Source: Octopus sinensis
Taxonomy: Eukaryota
Assembly: GCF_006345805.1 (NCBI RefSeq)
Contig: NC_043015.1
Location: forward strand, 28,830,001 to 28,894,000
DNA: 64,000 nucleotides
Direction: 5' to 3'
Each line of letters opens with the position of its first letter. Positions within the stretch are counted from its first letter, which is position 1. The translations under genes were made by a program, and so were the position numbers. Shown one piece after another: positions 1 through 12,921 of this stretch. Under the pieces are notes generated by a model that saw only the letters and a program-made list of their open reading frames with translations, searched no databases and had not been told where the DNA came from.

Positions 1-52
1 TTTTCCATTGAGATTCATGTGCTGTCTGTGCTGGTGTATTGTCCTGCAAAAG

Positions 53-1003
53 CAGAGCACCATGGCTTAGCTTTCCACAGCACCATGGCTCAGATTTCCA
101 CAGCACCATGGCTTACCTTTCCACAGCACCATGGCCCAACTTTCCACAGCACCATGGCCCAACTTTCCACAGCACTATGGCTCAGCTTTCTACAGCACCA
201 TGGCTCAGCTTCCCACAGCACCATGGCTCAGCTTTCCACAGCACCATGGCTCAACTTTCCACAGCACCATGGCTTAGCTTTCCGCAGCACCATGGCTCAT
301 CTTTCTACAGCACCATGGCTCAACTTTCCACAGCACCATGGCTCAACTTTCCACAGCACCATGGCTCAGCTTTCTACAGCACCATGGTTCAGCATTCCAC
401 AGCACCATGGTTCAGCATTCCACAGCACCATGGCTCAGCTTCCCACAGTACCATGACTCATCTTTCCACAACACCATGGCTCAGCTTTCTACAGCACCAT
501 GGCTCAGCTTTCCACAGCACCATGGCTCAGCTTCCCACAGTACCATGACTCATCTTTCCACAACACCATGGCTCAGCTTTCTACAGCACCATGGCTCAGC
601 TTTCCACAGCACCATGACTCATCTTTCCACAACACCATGTCTCAGCTTTCCACAGCACCTTGGCTCAGCTTTCCACAACACCATGTTTCAGCTTTCCACA
701 GCACCTTGGCTCAGCTTTCCACAGCACCATGGCTCAGCTTCCCACAGTACCATGACTCATCTTTCCACAACACCATGGCTCATCTTTCCACAGCACCATG
801 GCTCAGCTTTCCACAGCACCATGGCTCAGCTTTCCACAGCACCATGGCTTAGCTTTCCACAGCACCTTGGCTCATCTTTCCACAACACCATGTCTCAGCT
901 TTCCACAGCACCTTGGCTCATCTTTCCACAACACCATGGCTCAACTTTCCACAGCACCATGGCTTAGCTTTCCACAACACCATAGCTCAGCGTTCCACAG
1001 TGG
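53..1003 (+). repeat. 23-bp minisatellite, about 41 units, consensus CCATGGCTCAGCTTTCCACAGCA
   Basis: Direct tandem repetition. All three plus-strand frames translate to the same 23-aa cycle (MAQLSTAPWLSFPQHHGSAFHST), as expected for a stop-free 23-nt unit. Confidence 0.97.
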
Positions 1004-1852
1004 CTTGTCCAAGAGAGATATGCAATATTCTGTATTGATAGTTTGACCATTTGGCAGGTATTTTATGAGGAGTACTTCTTTGTCCCTGAATACTGAAGCC
1101 GAACTCTTTCCAGCTGACTTCTGGGTCCGAAACTTCTTGGGACATGGTGAACCACTGCGGTACCGCTGCATCAATTGCTGTTTGGTTGGGGGATTACAAC
1201 AATGAAGAAAGGTTTCATATTTGGTGACTAAAGGAGCCATAAAATCAGCCTCCCCCGCTGCAAACCAGTCCAAAATCATCTTTGATGCCGTCACTCTGAT
1301 GCACTTCTGATCTGCATTCAGACATTTCGGAACCCATTTTGCAGAAAGCTTTCTCATGTCCAGAATGTTGTGGATGATGTGGCCAACTCTTTCGCAAGAA
1401 ATCTCCAGGCGCAGGAGTGGCTGTGTGGTAAGTAGCGTCTCTGCCAACCACATGGTTCCGGGTTCAGTCCCACTGCGTGGCACCTTGGGCAAGTGTCTTC
1501 TACTATAGCCTCGGGCCAACCAAAGCCTTGTGAGTGGATTTGGTAGACGGAAACTGAAAGAAGCCTGTTGTATATATGTATATATATGCATGTGTGTGTT
1601 CTTGTGTCTGTGTTTGTCCCCCTAGCATTGTTTGACAACCGATGCTGGTGTGTTTATGTCCCCGTTACTTAGCGGTTCGGCAAAAGAGACCGTTAGAATA
1701 AGTACTGGGCTTACAAAAGAATAAGTCCCGGGGTCGATTTGCTCGACTAAAGGCAGTGCTCCAGCATGGCCACAGTCAAATGACTGAAACAAGTAAAAGA
1801 GTAAGAGTCTCAGCTATTTCTTTAGCTGAAATCTAGCACTCCTTGAGAATCC
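1004..1852 (-). mobile_element. Mariner-type (Tc1/mariner) transposase relic, split by a SINE and truncated by the minisatellite
   Basis: Minus-strand peptide ISAKEIAET/LEISCERVGHIIHNILDMRKLSAKWVPKCL...LVTKYET...KSAGK..ASVF...IKYLPNGQTINTEYCISLLDK matches the mariner HTH, WVP motif and first catalytic-D region. The D is mutated to Y and there is an in-frame stop upstream. Confidence 0.88.
1408..1807 (+). mobile_element. tRNA-derived SINE family A, full length
   Basis: Head GGCGCAGGAGTGGCTGTGTGGTAAG with B-box-like GGTTCAGTCC, CORE-like CCTTGGGCAAGT, central (TA/TG)n and (TAAAAGAG)n tail. More than 20 related copies occur in the window. Confidence 0.9.
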
Positions 1853-2039
1853 TGACGTATGTGTGTGCATGCATGTCTTAATATGTATTTTTGCAAAACT
1901 ACACTGGTTGTAAATGATGGCACCACTATTTACAGCCTAACTGCAAATAGGGGGCTGTAGACAGTTCCTCTGATATTTCTTGCCAACATATCATGTGTTG
2001 GCCATGCACTTTTGAATTCTTCTGGCATAAAAAAATACC

Positions 2040-2440
<401 letters not shown>

Positions 2441-2682
2441 CGTCTGGTCCTCCATCGCTGGGTAACAAATGGTGTTGGTGCATTTATGTTGCTGTAACTT
2501 AGCAGTTTGGCAAAAGAGACTGACAGAATATGTACGAGGCTTTAAAAACCCCTGGAAAAGTTTATGAACCAGAAAAGTTGCCTGTTCTTGTTAGAAGTAT
2601 AGTCACACAATAGTTAAATGTTGCATTGATCTGGAAGTAATGAGATACCAATAGGCCTATACAAATAAAACATTTTATGTTG

Positions 2683-3215
2683 AATTGGCTGTGTGGTAAG
2701 TAGCTTGCTAACCAACCACATGGTTCTGGGTTCAGTCCCACTGCATGGCATCTTGGGCAAGTGTCTTCTGCTATAGCCCCGGGCTGACCAATGCCTTGTG
2801 AGTGGATTTGGTAGACGGAAACTGAAAGAAGCCTGTCGTATATATGTATATATATTTATGTGTGTGTATATGTTTATGTGTCTGTGTTTGTCCCCCTAGC
2901 ATTGCTTGACAACCGATGCTGGTGTGTTTACGTCCCCGTCACTGAGGTCAATGAACTTGACTAGGTCCCTTCCACAAAATTTCAGGTCTTGTGCCTGTGC
3001 TAGAAAGAATTGTATTATGAACCTCAGGAGTGGCTGTGTGGTAAGTAGCTTCCTGGTGTGTTTATGTCCCCGTCACTTAGCGGTTCGGCAAAAGAGACCG
3101 TAAGAACAAGTACTGGGCTTACAAAGAATAAGTCCCGGGGTCGATTTGCTCGATTAAAGGCGGTGCTCCAGCATGGCCGCAGTCAAATGACTGAAACAAG
3201 TAAAAGAGTAAAAGA
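2683..3215 (+). mobile_element. Rearranged SINE A fragments with an intervening SINE B-type tail
   Basis: SINE A head and body at 2683-2945, a B-type tail at about 2945-3020, then a SINE A head fused to a SINE A tail by internal deletion. Confidence 0.75.
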
Positions 3216-3536
3216 GTTTATAAAAATTACAACTATAGAGATGAAGTTACAACTCTGTTGTTGACCTACTTGAAGAAGCAGCTAGATCACCCTCAAACCT
3301 TATCCAGTTGCCCTAATGCAAAAAAAAGAAAAAAGAAGGTAAAAATGCATTGAGCAAACTTCAGAGTTTTATTTGTTTGGCAAGTGATTTGATCTGAGAA
3401 TTACGATGGAATAGTCATCCTAGCCATTTAATAAAACACAAACCAGTCTCTGTCATTTTTTATCTATTTCTTTTTGCAATTTAATTTTATTCCAATTTTC
3501 AAATTACATTTTTGTCACCATCATACTAAATGTACA

Positions 3537-3698
3537 GGTGCAGGAGTGGCTGTGTGGTAAGTAGCTTGCTTACCAACCACATGGTTCCATGTTCAGTCCC
3601 ACTGCGTGGCATCTTGGGCAAGTGTCTTCTGCTATAGCCTCAGGCCGATCAAAGCCTTGTGAGTGGATTTGGTAGACGGAAACTGAAAGAAGCCTGTC

Positions 3699-3740
<42 letters not shown>

Positions 3741-3964
3741 GTGTGTATATGTTTGTGTGTCTGTGTTTGTCCCTCTAGCATTGCTTGTCAACCGATGCTG
3801 GTGTGTTTATGTCCCCGTCACTTAGCGGTTCGGCAAAAGAGGCCAATAGAATAAGTACTGGGCTTACAAAAGAATAAGTCCCGGGGTCGATTTGCTCGAC
3901 TAAAGGCGGTGCTCCAGCATGGCTGCAGTCAAATGACTGAAACAAGTAAAAGAGTAAAAGAGTA
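3537..3964 (+). mobile_element. SINE family A, full length
   Basis: Near-identical to the 1408-1807 copy. Confidence 0.9.
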
Positions 3965-4346
3965 CCATTAGAAGACAACTGCTGTGGAATTGTCCGAGAT
4001 AGAATCCCCGTATGTTAGAAACACAATATCTATCAAATTGACACAAATGTCATTGCAACAGTGACTTACAAAAATGACAAGATACATTTTTTAATATTGT
4101 AGAGACTTGTCAATGCTGTCCACTTGATTGTAATCTGCTTAAATGAAATTCATACTTCAATATATGTAGGAAACACCGAATAAAACTTTCACTGGGGTTG
4201 CAAAAACTTACTGAAGGTAGAAAAACTTTGTACATGCAACTGAAACAGCATTGAGTTTAAATGGCAATCTCTGTGTCATACTAAATGTATTCAGATTGTT
4301 ACAAAGCATGACACTGTGTAATTCTCCAGTTTGTTTATATTTAATT

Positions 4347-4814
4347 CATCATCATCATCATCATCATCATCGTTTAACGTCTGCTTTCTATGCTTGCATG
4401 GGTTGGATGATTTGACTGAGGACTGGCAAACCAGATGGCTACACCAGGCTCCAATCTTGATCTGGTAGAGTTTCTACAGCTATAGTAGAAGACACTTGCC
4501 CAAGGTGCCACACGGTAGGGACTGAACCCAGAACCATGTGGTTGGTAAGCAAGCTACTTACCACACAGCCACTCCTACAAAACTGTAAACATCTCAACTG
4601 CATGCTTGCATGGGGTGGACGATTTGACTGAGGACTGGCGAACCAGATGGCTACACTAGCCTCCAATCTTGATCTGGTAGAGTTTCTACAGCTATAGTAG
4701 AAGACACTTGCCCAAGGTTCCACACGGTGGGGACTGAACCTGGAACCACATGGTTGGTAAGCAAGCAACTTACCACACAACCACTCTTACAAAACTCTAA
4801 ACATCTCAACTGCA
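4347..4814 (-). mobile_element. RTE LINE 3' end fused to a SINE A head; the 212-bp chimera is tandemly duplicated
   Basis: (CAT)n tail plus RTE 3' UTR is joined at CTACAGCT/ATAGTAGAAGAC to a SINE A head. Units are 4391-4602 and 4603-4814. Confidence 0.85.
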
Positions 4815-5437
4815 TTCTGCATGCTAGTTAGCTGTGATAAGCAGTGTTTAGTAGGGTGAGTTCAAAGTGCTAGTACAGCCATCTTCAATGTGGAATAAGA
4901 AAAGATGGCAGGTCAGCTTATTAGATTAGAGTAACGATGTACTAAAATTACAATAAACTAGGATATTTATAACTGCCTCTCTTAATAAAATAAAAAGTCT
5001 CAAAACTTCTGGAATGCACCTCCACATTTCCCTTCTTCTTCACTGTATTTGCTGACTGTAAACAACAATCAGGTTCCTTTGCTCACAGCCAATCACAAAA
5101 CCGTATCTGAACTCCATAAAATGTCTAGACATGTTATGTAAATTTTGTTAACAAAAACCTCATTCAAACTGTGCCATTTGTTTCCAGTTTGCTGCTTAAC
5201 TATGCCTGGATTGTTTTATTGTGCAACGGGCTATGCGATTATTATCTTGCTTGGAAACAGGTGAGGGCTTATGAGAGGAAGGGTAACTAGCTGTAGAAAA
5301 CATGCCTTAAATAGTTTTCACCCCACACATGCAGGTAATGGGGAAAATGGACATTAAAACAAAGATACCGATGACGAGGAAGATACATTATGTATATATA
5401 TTTCTTTACATTGAATATATATATATTATATATATAT

Positions 5438-5800
5438 AAATTAGAGACAAACCACTATTATGCAATTCAAACAATGATAGACATAAACCAAATAAAAATA
5501 AAAAATAAAATATATTATAAAACATACAACTAGATCACAAAAAGTACAAAAATCAATAAACAATATACAAGTAAAAAGACTACGTACGTTTCATGGCTAT
5601 AATTTAAATTCAATTTAAAAGTATAGCCACTCCTCAGGTCAACAATAATAACAATAATAGTTAAATGAATAATAGTGCACATTCTATTGGCCAGAGACGA
5701 CCATGAGTGCAAATATAATCGTAAGATATTTGAACATAATAAATAACCTAACTGTTACTTTATTGACACATGAGAAAAGGCGATAAGGTTCAATTTAATC
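5438..5800 (-). mobile_element. Probable Penelope-like element terminal repeat (pLTR) fragment
   Basis: Contains a minimal hammerhead, an upstream CCAAT and a T-rich 3' part running into a (TA)n tract. No ORF is recognisable and the boundaries are approximate. Confidence 0.6.
5578..5640 (-). ncRNA. Minimal type-I hammerhead ribozyme, canonical core
   Basis: Minus strand reads GAC-CUGAGGA-GUGGCUAUA(20 nt)UAUAGCCAU-GAA-ACGUACGU-A-GUC: 3-bp stem I, CUGANGA, 9-bp stem II, GAAA, palindromic stem III and a GUA cleavage triplet. Confidence 0.85.
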
Positions 5801-6436
5801 AATAGAAGAATGTACGTTAGTATCCCTAATGTGTATGTATGTGTGTTAAATCGGTTGTCAAGAGACGGTGGGGGGACAAACGCAGACACACAGATTATAT
5901 ATGTATATATATAGCATTTTATTCGATGGTTTTATTTTAAAGATTCATAGAACGAAATTCTATAAACCATGGACTATTTGTAATTCCAGTTTCTTCGTCT
6001 GGCCATAGGAAGTGTAAGATTATGGTATTTTTGAAAAAGCCAATTCCAGAGACCTTCCTTTTTCTTCTACACACAGTGCATAGAGTTATCGTCGGATTGC
6101 TGGTTCCACGGCCGAATTTCTCTTTGATGTCATTGCAAATAAATAAGTTGTGACAGAAACTAGAATATGTCAGTATCAATGTGTTTGAGACATGAAATGT
6201 AACTTAAATGACTGAATTGTTGGATGTGTTGGCAGACAGAAAGTTTTTGCTTTCTGCAGAGGACACGCTGATTCTAAGTGCTGTCTATGGTCTATTTTAA
6301 ACTATTGGTCCTCTTCTTAACGCTCGTGTGACATGGGTGGTGTTTTAGCGCCTTGTTAGCACCAAGTTAAGGGTGATGCCATCGTTCTTTTCGTATGAGA
6401 TAATTAACACACTGATGGCACCATTGAAAGGGCAGA

Positions 6437-6860
6437 CAAGGGCGCCGAGCTGGCAGAAACGTTAGCACGCCGGGCGAAATGCTTAGCAGTATTTCGTCTG
6501 CTGTTACGTTCTGAGTTCAAATTCCGCCGAGGTCGACTTTGCTTTTCATCCTTTCGGGGTCGATAAATTAAGTACCAGTTAAGCACTGGGGTCGATGTAA
6601 TCGACTTAATCCGTTTGTCTGTCCTTGTTTGTCCCCTCTATGTTTAGCTCCTTGTGGGCAGTAGAGAAATAAGAAACGTTACAACGCTGGGCAACATGCT
6701 TGACTGCATTTTCCTCGTCTTTAATCTGAGTTCAAATTCCGTCGAGGTCGACTTTGCCTTTCATTCTTTCGGGGTCGATAAAATAAGTGCCAGTTGAGCA
6801 ACGAGGTCGATGCAATCGACTTACCCCCTCCCTTGAAATTGCTAGCCATGTCTGAAACTT
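6437..6860 (+). mobile_element. SINE family B dimer (B followed by an older B' variant)
   Basis: tRNA-like head with GAGTTCAAATTC B box and a central CCTTTCATCCTTTCGGGGTCGATAAA domain that resembles the Meta/MESC SINE domain as I recall it. The second unit starts at AGAAACGTTA. Confidence 0.85.
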
Positions 6861-6984
6861 ATGGAAAGTTGACACCTTTAGAAAAAACTGCCGTTCAAAC
6901 CGAAAAGATCCATCGATTCTTCTGTAACTTTGCTTCTTTTTCTTTTTTCTAGGCAGAAGTGTTGGCCCCACGCAAACCTTTTTT

Positions 6985-7145
6985 TTTTACCTCTGGGAAG
7001 AGGTGGTCCATAGTTGTCTAGTCTCTGTCCTTTGACTTGTCCAGCGTGGGAGGCCTCACCAGGAGCTTGCGCTCCGCTGATATAACTTTGAGAATCATTG
7101 AGCCATCGAGTCACAGCATCGCAACAAGAACTGGACCTTGCAGCG
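6985..7145 (-). mobile_element. Decayed RTE-clade LINE 5' UTR fragment
   Basis: Minus strand ...CTCAATGA..AGTTATATCAGCGG..CTCCTGGTGAGGCCTCCCACGCTGGACAAGTCAAAGG..CTAGAC resembles RTE 5' UTRs from memory. Confidence 0.5.
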
Positions 7146-7355
7146 GAAGCCGTAGTTAGGGATACACAAAGGAATTAGTGGTACAAGTCAGTGATTTATC
7201 CGACGCCAATTTAATGTTCTGCTTTTGTTTTATTGACATCAGAATCGATAAAGAGCAAAATTTTACTTCGTTGAGATACAAACTCAGAGAGACGAAACAG
7301 TATGTCGTAAACAATTTAATCCTATGCTCTAACGTAAATTGCTACCACTGTCTAA

Positions 7356-7756
7356 TCTTTATATATAAAAGTGAGGTTGTGTGTCTGTCTCCTACGATTT
7401 AGATTCCTAACTGCTCCCACATTTTGCGGTGCAGTGTAACCAAAAGCGGGTGTCTTATAGTCGTGATTCATATCGAGCCCTTCTGGGTATTAGCGCGCGT
7501 CTGCGATGAGTCTACAATTTAAAAAAAAATTTACCATAATTTTTTCCCATTTTTAATGCTGTTTTTTTTGCTATTTTATAAGGGAAGTAACTCTCTAAAA
7601 ATGTATTATTAAATCTCAGAACGTAAAAAGCTACAGTAACACACCCCCACCTTTGTAGTTAGCCATATTGAGATGGCTATTATACTTTACATCTCTAAAA
7701 ATGCTTATATAGTTATTTCCCTAACAAACCCGAGCAACGCCGGGCGATACTGCTAG
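7356..7756 (+). mobile_element. Non-autonomous Helitron
   Basis: 5' TC, 3' hairpin CCCGAGCAACGCCGGG followed by CTAG, inserted between A and T. Related copies at 23488 and 36244. Confidence 0.85.
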
Positions 7757-8039
7757 TAAAAAATAAATTGATTTCAAATAGTATATATTCGAGCCGAATC
7801 AGTTTCGATTTTCATTGCTATTTTCTCACTTCACTCATTTGTCAGTAACGGTCATTAGTGACGGATGAATGAAGCTTATTGTCACGGATGGATTCTCCGA
7901 AAGAATAGCTTGACGCAGAGTATTAATAAGCGTAATACATTCACTACCTCACGGCGCTTATATTTGGAGATGTCAGCGAGTTAGTTGCAGAAATTCAACA
8001 ACTGGTTAAAAAAATTTCATGAAATTGTTTTCGTCATCT

Positions 8040-8745
8040 ACTATAGTTTCGGGTCGGCCAAAGCCTTGTGAGTGGATTTAGTAGACGGAAACTGGAAGAA
8101 GCCCGTCGTATATATGTATATATATGTATGAGTTGGCAGAAACGTTAGCGCGCCGGGCGATATGCTTAGCCGTATTTCGTCTGTCGTTACGTTCTGAGTT
8201 CAAATTCCGCCGAGGTCGACTTTGCCTTTCATCCTTTCGGGGTCGATAAATAAAGTACCAGATTCGCACTGGGATTGATGTAATCGACTTAATCTCTTTG
8301 TCTGTCCTTGTTTGTCCCCTCTATGTTTAGCCCCTTGTGGGTAGTAAAGAAATATATATGTATGTGTGTATAAGTTTGTCCCCACCAACATGCTTGACAA
8401 CCGATGCTGGTGTGTTTACGCCCCCCCCAATGCCTTAGCGGTTCGGCAAAAGAGACCGATAGAATAGAATAAGTACTAGGCTTACAAAGAATAAGTCCTG
8501 GTGTCGATTTGCTCGACTAAAGGCGGTGCTCCAGCATGGCCGCAGTCAAATGACTGAAACGAGTGAAAGAAATATATATACGACGGGCTTCTTTCAGTTT
8601 CCGTTTACCAAATGCACTCGGAAGGCTTTAGTCGGCCGGAGGCTATGATAGAAGACACATACCCAAGATGCCACGCAATGGGAGTGAACCCGGAACCACG
8701 TGGTTGGGAAGAAAGCTTCTGATCACATAGCCTCGTCTGCACTTA
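8040..8745. mobile_element. Nested SINE cluster: SINE A (+) interrupted by SINE B (8132-8352), followed by an inverted SINE A head (-)
   Basis: Family motifs are visible in this order and orientation. Confidence 0.8.
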
Positions 8746-9343
8746 CATTCGTTTCAAAAATAGCTTTCAAATTATGATCAAGTGTAACCCATCATTATCT
8801 TGTACAATTGGTTTTCAATGGTGATCATATTTTCGATCAATAATTGACACTTGGTAGTATAATAATAGTTTGTTGGAACAAACTATTCCCGAACTTATTT
8901 TGGCGCGTAATCTACGAAACGAATTTCCACAAAAATCGCGCAACCTCCCGTATAGTTTACACGGACACCTCTCACCAAGGCGCGGGTTCGAATGTGCGGT
9001 AAGAGTTTTGCTTGCCAACCATATGGTTCAGGGCTCAGTCCCACAGCGTGGCACCTTTAAGCTAGTGTGTTCTTCCACAGCTTCAGGCGGACCAAGGCCT
9101 TGCTTGGTGGATTTGGTAGACGAAAACTGAAAGAAGCTTGTTGTATATATCTACCTACTTATATATATATATATTATATATATATATAATTTTATTTTAT
9201 CTAGTTTCAGCTCACAAGCTGTGGCCATGGTGGGGGCACCGCCATACATATATATATATATATATATAATATATATATATATATTATATATATATTATAT
9301 ATATTATATATATATATATAATATATATTATATATATATATAT

Positions 9344-9420
<77 letters not shown>

Positions 9421-9614
9421 GTGTGTCCCACCACCGCTTGGGAACCGGTGCTGGTTTAGTTACGTCCCCGTAACTCAGGGACTTTAAAAACGCTTTAAAA
9501 AACTAAGTACATGGGTCGATTCGTTCGATTAAAAACTATTCAAAGCTGTGGCCCGTCATGGCTATAATAATAGATAAAACAAGTGAAAGATATAACCTAA
9601 AATATAAATTGTTT

Positions 9615-9616
<2 letters not shown>

Positions 9617-9697
<81 letters not shown>
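9617..9697. repeat. (GA)n microsatellite; (TA)n/(TG)n tract at 9245-9425
   Basis: Directly visible. Confidence 0.95.
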
Positions 9698-9700
<3 letters not shown>

Positions 9701-10006
9701 TATTCATGCGTGCATGGGTGATTATGTAAACATAATGACTTATTATTTTGAAAACGATGAGTTTTATAAAACAGCTTTTTTAAAAATTAAATTTTATCAA
9801 GACAGCTTTTCTTGCAGTAACCCCATAGTTTCTAGGAACCCACCTCGAGAAAAACTGGAATGGAATAAGTTAAGGGAACCAGCCACGGCACAAATATAGA
9901 ATACTGGAATTTTGCACTTCCTAATTTTTCTTATTTTATACACCCTTGGTGTTGTGAAGGAGAAAGGAAACTCAAGCCGTTGTGATGTTCATGGATTTCT
10001 CTAGAA

Positions 10007-10959
10007 TAGGGATTCTCAACCATTTCTTTTTTGTCTGTGGACCCCTTTGATTTTTATTTTTCTTCCATGGATCTCCTTAGTCATTTAAAAATTAATTCCT
10101 CATACATTTATAATGAAATATTATTAACGACTCTTTTACTTGTTTCAGTCATTTGATTGCGGCCATGCTGGAGCATCGCCTTTAGTCGAGCAACTCGACC
10201 CCGGGACTTATTCTTTTGTAAGCCCAGTACTTATTCTATCGGTCTCTTTTGTCGAACCGCTAAGTTACGGGGACATAAACATACCAGCATCGGTTGTCAA
10301 GAAATGCTAGGGGGAACAAACACAGACACACAAACATATACACACGCACACACACACACATATATACATACATACATACGACAGGCTTCTTTCAGTTTCC
10401 GTCTACCAAATCCACTCACAAGGCTTTGGTCGGCCCGGGGCTATAGCAGAAGACACTTGCCCAAGGTGCCACGCAGTGGGACTGAACCCGGAACCATGTG
10501 GTTGGTAAGCAAGCTACTTACCACACAGCCACTCCTGCGCCTATTTAACAAATTTAATATTTTATGAATTGTACAAATATAAGGAATTTATTGCACATAA
10601 ATTCTAAGAACAAAATCTTATAGGGAGCCCCAAGGGCTATGTGGACTCCGGCCAAAAACCAATGCCCTAGATCAGAGGTTCTCAACCCAATTTTTTTTTT
10701 TCATCTATGGACCCCTTTGATTTCTATTTTGTTCTAGTGGGCCCCATAGCCATTTAGTGCTTAAAAATTAGTTTTATAGATACTTCTTTCGCTGTTCCTG
10801 TTTTATTTTCACCCACTGAGACATGTTTTTTTGCAATAAATACACCTAAAGCAAAACTTATTCATGGACCCTTAAAATACTACTGTGGATCCACAAGTTA
10901 CTGTTTTGCTTGCGTGGACCCCCTGAACTTTATATTGACCCCAGTTGAGAGAACAACTG
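10007..10959 (+). mobile_element. Two tandem hAT (Charlie-like) MITE copies; the first carries a SINE A insertion (10130-10542, -)
   Basis: Termini (C/T)AG(A/G)GRTTCTCAACC ... GTTGAGA..AACTG. The 8-bp flanks CTCTAGAA, CCCTAGAT and CTCTAAGC resemble the NTCTAGAN target of Charlie elements. Confidence 0.65.
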
Positions 10960-12921
10960 CTCTAAGCCTTTGGTGAGGTCAATGAAGCCAGTCAATGTTT
11001 GACCACAGATTTAAGATAACCAAATTGCATTGAAGATAAAATGGGAGAATTTTTTTCAGCAATTATTTTGCATAATTCGATGTCTCGAATAAGTTTTCTG
11101 AGATCATTTTAAGATTTCTTAGTCAAATTTATAATTACCATTTAGTTTCGAAAGTATATAATTATTTCACAGAAAATCAGAAAAGACCAAACCCTCTTCG
11201 TAAAAAGATTCTTTGTACTTTTTGGTTTAAGATTTGGTGCCAAAACTCACGTCTTACTTGAATAAGCATTCACCAAAAACAATATAATTGATATATTTAC
11301 TTCCCAAATGTCTTTTTATTTTCAATCTAAAATTAACAAAAAATGCATTAATTCTAGTTTTTAATTTCATGCTAAACATTTTTTTCTAATGTTTTCTGTT
11401 GTGGGTGGTTTAATTGTTATGAATGATAAAATTATAATAAAGACGTAATGTTCTTTAATTTCGCCACTTTACATTGATGTTTGGGTTTTTATAAGTAACT
11501 ATATTTCTGATAAATTTGGTGCAAGGTAGAGAGAATTATCTGCAGTTCACAAAAGAGGAAAAAAAGTAATTCGGGCGTGGTTGCTTGGACCTGTACTCCA
11601 CCACCATTTATACACCCATAGCACTGAACGCTAGCATCTATACACACACACGCATTTATAAACACATACACCAGCCCGCTAGTTTTATATCTCATCTTGT
11701 ATATTTCTTCATGAGTTCAGTAAAATATATTTTATTGTATATTACAATAACAGGTCACAACTAAAAAAAAAAAAATATATATATCGTGCATTGTTTACGA
11801 AACGTTAACTTCGCGTATCTCTTTTAATTTACTTGTAAGAAGAATTTGGCTGGACTTTCAACTACTTTAGTCGACTGTAAATGCACCACGGAAGAGTTTA
11901 ATGTAATATATGTATAACTAGATGTAAGTATCCCATATATTGATTTAAAAAAATATATTTCATTATGCAATAAACACTTTACGATCAATATACGTATTAA
12001 TTCAGACGGATATAAATATATATATATCCCTTGCTGGAAAAAGTACTTCGATAAGTATTTTGCTATTATTCGACTCGAGCCATTCTTGATACATAAACTT
12101 AAATCTGACTCCAAACAGCAACTAGTCACGAGTAACAAAACGATTAGAATATTGTCCACGTTGTTTAACTATAATAACGATTTTTAACCTATTATTTTAT
12201 TTGTAATTGTCTGTTAGTATAACGACTACACAAAATCGCAGATGTTTTTATGGCCCGTACTTGTGTTAGAGCTAATTGTTTTACGAAAGAAATGTTTTTA
12301 TGCAGTTGTAAATATAATGATATATTAGTCTATTAAAAACAAAAGCGTATATATGTATAAATACGTTAAGTTTTGTCAAATACAGTTAGTAGAAATTTTT
12401 ATTTTTGTTTGTTGTTAAAATCTATTTCGCAGTCGATAGAAGTTGCAGCAGGAAAAGAAACCTTGAATCACATTCAGGCAGTTTTTTTTTTCTTCCCTAA
12501 GTATTGTGACTTTCCTCCCTGACCACTAAGATCGTTAACATCGTACATACTAATGAGTAAAGCTTGTAGTAAGCACAGTTACTACTGTGACTATCAATTG
12601 ATGAGGCTGGAGTTTTACTGATGAAAGAGAGAGAGAAAAGAGAATGTGTGTGTGTGTGTGTAAGTTGTTTCGACTCGCTAAACTAAGTTGTACCATAACA
12701 AATAGCTGCAACTTTCGTGCAAACTTAGAGAGGGAGAGAGAGAAGAAAACATCAAACGTCTTTGATGTTTTTTCGAGTGGTTTATATTACTTATTTATTT
12801 ATCTGTAACAAATAAAGGTATATTGTTTATTTATATTAGAGATGCAAATAAAACAGGCTCGCATGTATGTGTACACACACACATGGGTGTGCGTGTGTAT
12901 GTATATATATATATATATATA

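Noticed and set aside
19-1046. Overlapping His-rich ORFs / CRISPR-like array
   Set aside because: Pure tandem 23-bp units with no unique spacers. The ORFs are a by-product of a stop-free unit.
7085-7165. Possible HDV-like ribozyme in the RTE 5' UTR fragment
   Set aside because: RTE 5' ends can carry such ribozymes, but I could not form P1 and P3 from this decayed copy.
4070-11872. Scattered minus-strand exon candidates (4070-4134, about 5020-5055, 5937-6179, about 11831-11872)
   Set aside because: Splice-like signals exist, but there is no recognisable or consistent protein, so a leftward gene cannot be supported.
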